DNA of 60,927 bases, filler included, from Nitrospinota bacterium (GTDB lineage: Bacteria > JADFOP01): NCBI GenBank assembly GCA_022562795.1. It is 3 parts of 3 records of this genome, joined end to end, with 100 filler letters (N's around TTAATTAATTAA, not from the genome) between each part and the next. Parts side by side here need not be neighbours in the genome. Positions count along the whole stretch, not along the records: positions 1 to 25,196 come from JADFOP010000003.1; 2 more parts are not named here. One strand, given 5' to 3'. The notes under the pieces were generated by a model, which was given only the letters and a program-made list of their open reading frames with translations, was not told where the DNA came from and did no database searches. This document shows, one piece after another, positions 1 through 7,508 of the stretch; the stretch's first letter is position 1; each line of letters begins with the position of its first letter. Made by a program: the position numbers and the translations under genes.

Positions 1-225
1 ATGTGCCTTCATTCAGGAAGTAAAGGAAGTACGAGACGACAAGCCTCTTTCATTCTGCTAGGTCCTTCTTAGCAAGTTAGATTTGTTCTCATAGGTTGGG
101 AGGCAAAGCGCCTATGATCTACGCACTGGGTTCAGAAAAATTGGGAAATTTTGCCCCCAATGGCTTCGATATGGCATTAAACTTGCTACGAATCAGTCCG
201 ATAGAGTAGGAAGGGATAAAACCCC

Positions 226-254
226 TTGACCAGCTATGCAAATCAGGGTATTCT
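226..254 (+). promoter_or_regulatory. Putative sigma70 promoter for the three-gene cassette
   Basis: TTGACC-17 nt-TATTCT; an alternative TTGCCA-18-TACAAT lies at 308-337. Confidence 0.35.
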
Positions 255-360
255 TATTTTGGATGATGGAGGCGGAAAGTTTGTTAGGTCCATATCAGCC
301 AACTTTCTTGCCAAAGTCCTACTAGAATCCTTACAATGAGAAAAATGGGGGGGTCAACAA

Positions 361-624
361 GTGGCGCAACCAGTCAGGGTGACGCTCCCCAATGGAGAGG
401 AGAGTGCTGCTCTAGAGCTTGACTTTGATATCGTGAAGGAGGACTGGAATACCTATGCTACTGAGGATGGAACAAGCATTAAAATTAAGTTGGTTGTTAC
501 GAAGGTTACAAGGATAGAGGGAAAATATGACGAAGAGGGCAATCCTTTGTATCTCGTCAAGTCCAATAACATGGTTGTAGCTGCAGCACCCGACCATCTC
601 AGAAAGAGGGCCAGTGGTGAGTGA
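361..624 (+). CDS. Small beta-rich hypothetical protein, first gene of HicAB-like cassette
   Basis: 87 aa ORF, GTG start after a G-rich RBS, protein-like composition (EDWNTYATEDGTSIKIKLVV...GNPLYLVKS), overlaps next ORF. Confidence 0.75.
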   Translation: MAQPVRVTLPNGEESAALELDFDIVKEDWNTYATEDGTSIKIKLVVTKVTRIEGKYDEEGNPLYLVKSNNMVVAAAPDHLRKRASGE

Positions 625-1006
625 GGGTTTAACACTGTCGTTGCAAGAAGATTCAAGACACAATCAATCCTTGGGAGTTTTTGGGCCTTGGTCACCTTAC
701 TCCTTGATAGAAGCCATTGATACGTTCACTTTTGACCAAGACTTTATTCATGGGGAACTAAATGCCAAATATCGGCTTAGGGAAGCTGTCCCTGTCATGA
801 TGGAGCATTTAGATGATACCTATACTGTCTACTGGCCTGAAATAGAAACCTTTGGTTACGGATCAAGCCGTGATGAGGCATTTATAGATTTAAGGAATTC
901 CGTTGTAGAGCTTTTTGAGCGATTAGGAAGCGAACCGCTCTTTTCCTTGGGCCCACAATTGAGGAATGAATTAACTTACCTAGAAAACATAATCGAGTAT
1001 CAATGA
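614..1006 (+). CDS. HicB-like antitoxin (partial RNase H fold) with N-terminal extension
   Basis: TYTVYWPEIETFGYGSSRDEAFIDLRNSV matches the HicB pattern (Y.V..P.....G.G.T.EEA...L..A). Confidence 0.65.
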   Translation: MVSEGLTLSLQEDSRHNQSLGVFGPWSPYSLIEAIDTFTFDQDFIHGELNAKYRLREAVPVMMEHLDDTYTVYWPEIETFGYGSSRDEAFIDLRNSVVELFERLGSEPLFSLGPQLRNELTYLENIIEYQ

Positions 1007-1284
1007 TGTCTCTTCGAACAGGGGATGTTGACCGGATCTTTAGAAAATTGGATATGGAGATTAGGGAAACTGACCATATTTGGGCCTATTTTCGATATGA
1101 TGACAAAATCGTTACGAAAACACGACGTTCTCTCGGGAAGGGAAAGATTGAAGGCAATATCCCTTTTTTTATTCGACAGCAGTTAAAGCTTAACGAAAAA
1201 GAGTTTAGAGAACTCCTAGAATGTGAATTTGAACGGGAAGGTTATATCGATATACTCAAATCAAAGAAAATTATAAATAGCTAA
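1003..1284 (+). CDS. HicA-like toxin (dsRBD-type mRNA interferase), divergent
   Basis: Helix-RKL-ETDH-beta-beta...IRQQLKLNEKEF layout resembles HicA; ATGA overlap with upstream gene. Confidence 0.55.
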   Translation: MMSLRTGDVDRIFRKLDMEIRETDHIWAYFRYDDKIVTKTRRSLGKGKIEGNIPFFIRQQLKLNEKEFRELLECEFEREGYIDILKSKKIINS

Positions 1285-1653
1285 TTATAAATCGTCTCCA
1301 ACGTAGCCCACATCCACGACCCGATGACTCTCCTCTTTTCCTTCCGCGCCTATACCTAAGCCCTCACGATGGCTGAAAAAACTCGCCGTGTAGACCTATA
1401 TAGGGGATGTGCCGCCGCCAGCGGGAGGGCACCGGAGGGGTAGGGGCAGCGCCACCACCGGCAGCCAGCAACAGGGCAGCCCATCCGTTCCACCCAAGGG
1501 AACCAGCACCACCAAGGCGGTCCCACCACACAGCAGGCTAGACCCCACACAGCCACCACGAGCAGGGTGGTTGGGTCATAGTTTCCTACTTTTTCTGCCC
1601 CAAGTCACACCAGCTGGCCTGTTTCTAAAGGGCTTACGCGACCCTCACCTAAG

Positions 1654-1978
1654 CTGATTTGGGGCAATATTCGTTAGGTATGGATAATCCTTGCCCTTAG
1701 CTCTCTCGGCTGTAGCCGGCAACGTCTGAGAATGTCTTATAAAGGAATACGGGGCAGGGTCTGGACGGATCAGTATTACGACCACGGCCTCCGGGGCGAG
1801 CGTGAGCTGTGGGAGAAGGTCGCTTACATTCATGGAATTCCGGTGAAGGAAGAGCTGGTGGAGGAGGCGAGCGCCTATCCTTTCAGCTCGGCTAACTCGG
1901 CCTACGACATGTATTTGTGGAAGAACTGGTAAAAGGTGTCGGGGTCGGGGGCGCCCCCGCCCTACCCTGATTTGGGGC
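1654..1978. repeat. 12-bp direct repeat CTGATTTGGGGC flanking the RAYT relic
   Basis: Identical copies at 1654-1665 and 1967-1978. Confidence 0.8.
1732..1932 (+). pseudogene. C-terminal fragment of REP-associated tyrosine transposase (RAYT, Y1 HUH family)
   Basis: VWTDQYYDHGLRGERELWEKVAYIHGIPVKEELVEEASAYPFSSA matches RAYT W....YDH.IR...YI..NPVK.GLV.....SS; no HUH half; NP changed to IP. Confidence 0.85.
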
Positions 1979-2040
1979 TGGCCCACCGCCTGAGGCGGAC
2001 TTGAGGTCCCCTGTCCTAAAGGCCGGAGACCCATAGAGGG
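1938..2040. repeat. REP-like cluster next to RAYT relic
   Basis: Minus-strand GTAG + GC hairpin at 1938-1965, palindrome CCGCCTGAGGCGG at 1986-1998, and a 45-nt unit (1996-2040) also present at 60644-60688. Confidence 0.75.
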
Positions 2041-2078
2041 AGTCGCTGTTGTCATCCAGAACCCCCGGCGTACCTCCA

Positions 2079-4733
2079 TCACGGCCCTTCGGCCTCCACC
2101 AGGGCGATCTCCTTCTTGGTGAGACCATAGAGGCGGTAGACGACCAAGTCGAGAAGCTCCCTTGTGCGGCCTATCTCGACTTGTATGGCCTCTACGGCCT
2201 CGCGGTAGGCGGCGAAGTCCTCGGCGAGCTCGCGCCGGGTGGCCTCGTCGGCCCGCCCCGCCTTCGGCTCCAGGAGCCGCTCCCACTCTTTCGCCTCAAG
2301 GCTCCGCGTGCGGCCGCTTAAGGCCTGTTGGACCTCTTCGGCACCCAACAGCCCGCGGGCCTGGAGGCCGTGGATGAGCTCGTCTGCCTCACTCGCCTCC
2401 TCTGCGCTCAAAGCCGAGACGCGCCGCCCGACCAGCGCAAGGGCCGCCGCCAGCATCGCTCTGGCCTCCTTCCCGCCGCGGGCCGACATCAACTCAACCT
2501 CCTCCTCCAGCGACCGTCCCGCATCGAGTAGCCCCTCGGCGAAGCCCTCCAGGGACTCAACCGCCTCCGGCTCATCCGGGGCCTCAGGCTCCCATACGAT
2601 GGGCAGGCCGTCGAGCTGGTACTTTTGGACCTCGGGGAAGATGCTGGCTTTCTTGGTCGTCCACCACACCCCGAAGTAGCCAGACATAAGTCGACTGTTA
2701 AGGCAGGCCGCCAGGTAGTAGGGCCCAATGCGACGCCCCGGACGGGGTATGACTGCGTAGAGATTTTTAAGGAAGTGGTGCCCCGCCTCGTCCACCGTAG
2801 CCAGCAGCGTGGGCGCAACCCGCCGGACCAGCACCCGCCAGGGCCTCCGCACAAGCCCCGCATAGGCGTCTAGCTCGGAGCGAAATCGGTCAATCCGACC
2901 TGAGGGCATGGGAGGGGCGAAGGCGACCACCTCGGCCCCCACAAGCACCGGCACGGCCCGGCGGCCGCCGAGCAGCGCCCGGCGGCCGAGCTCAATCCCC
3001 CGCCGGCTCAGGCAGATGTGGCCCAGAGGTACGCCGCGGGCCTGGAGCTTTTCGGCCAACGCGAGCCACTCCGGGGTCAGGGCGAGGTTGAAGGCCGCGT
3101 GGGGCAAGCGGGCAAAGGTTGCCTGTGGGATGCTTGAGGAGCGGACCGTCTGGCCCTCGTCGTTCCAGGCGATGATGCGGCAGGTCTCCTCCCCCGTAGG
3201 AGGGGAGGCCTGGATGATGAGGATCGCGCACTCGGTCTGCACCCCCTTGAAGGGCCGCCCGGCGTCGATTATCGCCACGAGCCCCCCCTCGCCGAGCAAC
3301 CGCTCCCTAAGGGGGCCCAGGGAGCGGTTGAAGCAGAAAAATCGAGGGCAAATGACCCCAAGGCGCCCGCCGCGCTTGAGGAGCCTGAAGCCGAGCTCGA
3401 GGGTCATAACGTAGAGGTCGCCCGGGGCGGTGAAGCGACGCCGGAGGAAGGCCCGCTCGTCATCGGGAAGCGTGGAGGCCACAACGTAGGGGGGGTTGCA
3501 CACTACAGCGTCGAATCCTCCTGCTGCGAAGACCTCTGGGAAAGCCAGCTCCCAATGGAAGAACCGCTTGGTGCGGGCCAGCCGGGCCGCCTCGACGAGC
3601 CACGGGTAGTCGTCGGGGACGAGCATCCCCTTTTGGGCCTGCTCCAGGGCCTGGCGGTAATCGGCGGCCGGAAAATCCAGGCCGAAGGCGGCCGCCAGGT
3701 GTGCGTCGGCCAGCCGCTCGGCGGCTACCCCAGGAGGCGGGGGAGGGAGGCCCTCATGAGCGAAGAGTCCGACCAGCGTTGGGGAGCCGGGCGGGTCGGT
3801 CGTAATCTCGGCCCGGCTCACCCCGAGCAGGGCGTTGCCGCACCGGATCTTGCCGGTGAAATCGGTCCAGCCGCTCCCTCCCACCTCTAGCATGAGCGCC
3901 GCCCGGGCGAGCTCCACGGCCACCGGGTCGACGTCCACGCCATGGAGGCACCCGTGAGCCACCTCCCTCAGGGTTTCGGGTCCCGGCGTCGTGCCTTGAA
4001 TCGCCGCCCAACGCGCGCTCAGCCGTTGGAGAACCCATACGAGGAAGTGGCCCGTGCCGCATGCCGGGTCTGCGATCTTGAGCGCTAGAAGGTCCTCCGG
4101 GGCGCGGGAGGCGGCCAGGTGGCGGCCCAAAGTAGCCTCAACGATTGTCTCGATGATGTGCGCAGGCGTGTAGAAGCTACCCCGACTACGTCGTCGTGTG
4201 GCGTCGGGCTTCAGACGTATCGGCGCCCCACGGCGGGCCACGGTGGGGATCCGGCCCAGAAGCGCCTCGTAGAGCTCGCCAAGCCCTCGGACGTCTCCCT
4301 CCCCCTCGGCCAAGGGAAGCACCGCCTCCCGGAGGGCCTCCAGCGATGCGTCTTCCACCTCAAGATCTGGCTCGTGGAGGAGTGGGGCGATCTCTGACCT
4401 TAAGAGGCTTCCCGGGTAGGGATCGAGCCCAAGGCTCCGGTGTCCCCCTTCGAAGAGGGTCCAGCTTGCCCGCAGCTGCTTCCACGACAGACCCACCCCG
4501 GTGAGCACCGAGGTCCGCTTCCGCCAGGCCTTTTTCGAGGTCGGCAGAAGGCCCCTGGCCTCGAAAAGGGCCACGGCCGCCAACCGCAAGGCCGCAACCG
4601 TGCCGGCTTGTGCCAAGGCCTCCAGCTCCTCGGCCCCCAGGGCGGTTTTCTGGGAGGCGCGCAGGCCTCGGGCTAGGTCGTTAATGAGCGCCTCGGTGGC
4701 GGAAATAATGGAGCGATAGGTTCGGTGCGCCAT
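2079..4733 (-). CDS. Eco57I/TaqI-like N6-adenine DNA methyltransferase with target-recognition domain, no evident nuclease domain
   Basis: GSFYTP, motif I DPACGTGHFL, GVDVDPVAVELA, FHWELAFPEVF, motif IV GFDAVVCNPPYV, LNSRL and terminal VYRLYGLT..EI motifs. Confidence 0.9.
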   Translation of the reverse strand: MAHRTYRSIISATEALINDLARGLRASQKTALGAEELEALAQAGTVAALRLAAVALFEARGLLPTSKKAWRKRTSVLTGVGLSWKQLRASWTLFEGGHRSLGLDPYPGSLLRSEIAPLLHEPDLEVEDASLEALREAVLPLAEGEGDVRGLGELYEALLGRIPTVARRGAPIRLKPDATRRRSRGSFYTPAHIIETIVEATLGRHLAASRAPEDLLALKIADPACGTGHFLVWVLQRLSARWAAIQGTTPGPETLREVAHGCLHGVDVDPVAVELARAALMLEVGGSGWTDFTGKIRCGNALLGVSRAEITTDPPGSPTLVGLFAHEGLPPPPPGVAAERLADAHLAAAFGLDFPAADYRQALEQAQKGMLVPDDYPWLVEAARLARTKRFFHWELAFPEVFAAGGFDAVVCNPPYVVASTLPDDERAFLRRRFTAPGDLYVMTLELGFRLLKRGGRLGVICPRFFCFNRSLGPLRERLLGEGGLVAIIDAGRPFKGVQTECAILIIQASPPTGEETCRIIAWNDEGQTVRSSSIPQATFARLPHAAFNLALTPEWLALAEKLQARGVPLGHICLSRRGIELGRRALLGGRRAVPVLVGAEVVAFAPPMPSGRIDRFRSELDAYAGLVRRPWRVLVRRVAPTLLATVDEAGHHFLKNLYAVIPRPGRRIGPYYLAACLNSRLMSGYFGVWWTTKKASIFPEVQKYQLDGLPIVWEPEAPDEPEAVESLEGFAEGLLDAGRSLEEEVELMSARGGKEARAMLAAALALVGRRVSALSAEEASEADELIHGLQARGLLGAEEVQQALSGRTRSLEAKEWERLLEPKAGRADEATRRELAEDFAAYREAVEAIQVEIGRTRELLDLVVYRLYGLTKKEIALVEAEGP

Positions 4734-4936
4734 GGGCCCCTACTGGTTGAAGGGAAATCCTCTGAGGGAATATACCGAAGTATACCGGAAAAGGGGGCTC
4801 ATCGGGTAGTAGGCGGAAGAAAAAGCTTTGGGTATTTGCCCTTGATGGGTGTTGCGGGCCCCGCGTCATCTTGAAAGAAGGTGAACGGGTACCTAGATTA
4901 TAGATGGCGAAAATCCCTCAAGGAGGACCGGCCCTA

Positions 4937-5422
4937 ATGGACCTGGACCATTTGCCCCATGATGCTCGTGAGTTGTTTGAAGAGGGGTTTGAACATCACC
5001 AGGCGGGTGACCTCGAGCAAGCCATCGAGTGCTACCGTCAGTCCCTGGAGGCCGCTCCGTCGGCCGAAGCTCACACCTTCCTCGGATGGGCTTTCAGCCA
5101 CCAGGGAGAATTGGATACCGCCATAGAAGAGTGCTTCAAGGCCATCGATGCGGACCCCGCCTTCGGAAACCCGTACAACGACATCGGCGCCTATTACATA
5201 CAGCTCAAGCGCTATGATGAGGCCATTCCCTGGCTTGAGCGGGCCATGGAGGCCGAACGCTACGAGAGCTATCACTTCCCCCACCTCAATCTGGGGCGGG
5301 TGTATCTCAAGAAGGGTATGTTTTTCGAAGCCATTAGGGCGTTCGAGAAAGCCATCGAGATCGAACCACGCTACGAGATGGCCCGCATGGAGCTGGCCAA
5401 GCTCCGCGCCATGATGAACTGA
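4937..5422 (+). CDS. TPR repeat protein
   Basis: Tandem TPR helices (AEAHTFLGWA, GNPYNDIGAY, PHLNLGRVY); start moved to the ATG after AGGAGG. Confidence 0.85.
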   Translation: MDLDHLPHDARELFEEGFEHHQAGDLEQAIECYRQSLEAAPSAEAHTFLGWAFSHQGELDTAIEECFKAIDADPAFGNPYNDIGAYYIQLKRYDEAIPWLERAMEAERYESYHFPHLNLGRVYLKKGMFFEAIRAFEKAIEIEPRYEMARMELAKLRAMMN

Positions 5423-5580
5423 CCCCCAAAGCGTCTCCCCCTATCCGGTCGGGTCGGCCGAGGGCAATGCCGAGGGGTGGCACACCGTCCGGGTGGAGGT
5501 CTTCTGCGCGTTTTTCCTCTTGTAACTCCCTATGATGCTCTTATATATTAGCTGAAGAACCTCCCCGGCGAGGAAGCGCT

Positions 5581-5916
5581 ATGCGCCCCGGAAAGACCAA
5601 ACTGTTAGTTTTAATCCTGATGGCATCCTTCCTGGTGTTTGGGGTGGTCTGCGTCGGACTCGATGTCGGTCACGCCGATTCGCACGACGCTCAATCCGGG
5701 CATGGTTGCTATTTCCTTGCGTTATCTAATACGAACGGTATCAATCCCATTCAGTCGATGACACTCTCCATGGTTTCCACGCTCGTAATCGGTCTGCTAT
5801 CGGTGAGCCTCTCCTTACCATCGGCCCGCTATCGTCACCTGATCCTTCATGCCACACCTCTTAAGAACTTGCCTCTCAAGCGGCGCCTCGCCCTTCTCCA
5901 AACCTTTATCCAGTAG
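5581..5916 (+). CDS. Small exported/membrane His-Cys protein upstream of the copper genes (possible metal-responsive leader)
   Basis: Hydrophobic N-terminus, HADSHDAQSGHGC, second hydrophobic stretch, RBS GAGGAAG. Confidence 0.55.
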   Translation: MRPGKTKLLVLILMASFLVFGVVCVGLDVGHADSHDAQSGHGCYFLALSNTNGINPIQSMTLSMVSTLVIGLLSVSLSLPSARYRHLILHATPLKNLPLKRRLALLQTFIQ

Positions 5917-6067
5917 GACCTTTCCTTAGAGAGTCAGGCTCTACCCACAAGAGCATCCTTATACCGGCAGGCTGGGTTTCGCTGGAGGGAAAGAGCCCAT
6001 CGGCAAAAACCAAGGTCAGACGTAGTAGTAAGGTGCCCGGCGAGTCGGGCGCCAAGGAGGAGATTTC

Positions 6068-7495
6068 ATGACAAGGAAGAAACCATCAGACACGTCGTCT
6101 TTGGGAGGGAGTCCCATGAGGATATCTGTCTCAACCCTCAAAGGCGCACTGGTCGCCGGAGTGGTAGCATCGGCCCTCGCCTTGGTCTCCCCATCAGCGG
6201 CGCAGGCCCAGCAGCACGAAGGGACGCACATGCACGGTGCAGCCCCTCAAGGGACGATAAAATCCGGCGCCAAGCCTCACCATGAGATGCCGCACGGTCA
6301 CATGCAGCATGGGGAGCGGCCCCATGGCGGAATGAAGCATGGCGAGATGATGCACGGCATGGGGCAGCAGGCCGAGATGAAACACGGCGCGATGGGCCAT
6401 GGGGGAATGGCCATGCACCAAGCCACTGGGTGGGAGAATCCCGATATCCCCCCCTCGCCGCCGCCGCCGCTAATGGGCCGGCAGATGGGGCGGGTCGTCG
6501 CTCCCGGAGTACCCCCGCTTGGATACGAAATGGACGGTGACGTCAAGGTCTTCCGCATCGTCGCCCAGCCCGTGAAGATCTTCCTCAACGACGGTCGCTC
6601 GAAAGATGATTCCATCGAAACCATCGTCAATGCAGTAAACCGCTATACGGGCGTGATGATGCACCACCCGGTCTCCCAGCCGGTCCGGGCCTGGGGTTAC
6701 AACGGCACCTCTCCGGGGCCGACCATCGAGGTGACCGAGGGAGACCGGATCCGCATCATCTTGACGAACGAGCTTCCAGAGCCGACATCCATTCATTGGC
6801 ACAGCATTGAGCTGCCCAACTCCCAAGACGGCGCCGGCGGCGACACCGAGCCGCCCACCATGCCCGGCGAGACCCGCGTCTACGAGTTCACCCTCTATCA
6901 GTCGGGGACCTTCATGTATCACACGGGCTTCAACGTGATGAAGCAAGATTCCCTTGGGCTTGGTGGGATTCTCGTCGTCCACCCGAAGAGGCCGAAGCAC
7001 AAAGTAGATAAGGATTTCACCATCATGCTACAGGCGTGGGCGCTCCTGCCAGGTAACCCAAACCCTAACCTCGTAACCATGGACTTCAATTGGTTCACTT
7101 TTAACGGTAGGTCTGCGCCCGACATCCCAGTGCTGACCGTCAAGCAGGGCGAGCGGGTACGCATCCGCATCGCTAACCTGAGCATGGACAGCCACCCCAT
7201 CCACATCCACGGCTACACGTGGAAAGTGGTTGGTACCGAGGGAGGGCCCATTCCCGAGGGTGCCCAATGGCCCGGCACCACCGTCAACGTGGCGCCCGGG
7301 ACGACCCGCGATGTGGAGTTCGTCGCATGGAACCCGGGGGTGTGGCGCTTCCATTGCCACAAGCTCCACCACCTAGTAAACGCCCACGCAGATGTGCCCA
7401 TGGGTGTGATGCCCCACGGAGGGATGTTTACCCTCATCCACGTAATCCCCAAGGACCCGGCTTCCGCCTGGAAGCATCCGAAGCAGAAGGGATAG
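6068..7495 (+). CDS. Two-domain multicopper oxidase with His/Met-rich N-terminal region
   Basis: Signal peptide ending AQA; WGYNGTSPGP; SIHWH; MYHTG; HPIHIHG; WRFHCHKLHH; RBS AAGGAGG (alternative start 6116). Confidence 0.9.
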   Translation: MTRKKPSDTSSLGGSPMRISVSTLKGALVAGVVASALALVSPSAAQAQQHEGTHMHGAAPQGTIKSGAKPHHEMPHGHMQHGERPHGGMKHGEMMHGMGQQAEMKHGAMGHGGMAMHQATGWENPDIPPSPPPPLMGRQMGRVVAPGVPPLGYEMDGDVKVFRIVAQPVKIFLNDGRSKDDSIETIVNAVNRYTGVMMHHPVSQPVRAWGYNGTSPGPTIEVTEGDRIRIILTNELPEPTSIHWHSIELPNSQDGAGGDTEPPTMPGETRVYEFTLYQSGTFMYHTGFNVMKQDSLGLGGILVVHPKRPKHKVDKDFTIMLQAWALLPGNPNPNLVTMDFNWFTFNGRSAPDIPVLTVKQGERVRIRIANLSMDSHPIHIHGYTWKVVGTEGGPIPEGAQWPGTTVNVAPGTTRDVEFVAWNPGVWRFHCHKLHHLVNAHADVPMGVMPHGGMFTLIHVIPKDPASAWKHPKQKG

Positions 7496-7508
7496 GAGAG
7501 CTGAATAG

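Noticed and set aside
1356-1657. 67-aa and 82-aa ORFs in the skewed region
   Set aside because: Low-complexity Pro/Trp/Cys translations with no convincing RBS or motif; treated as non-coding.
6220-6425. Repetitive CATGGC/CACGGC words suggesting a repeat array
   Set aside because: Explained by the His-Gly-Met-rich coding segment of the MCO; no repeat-spacer structure.
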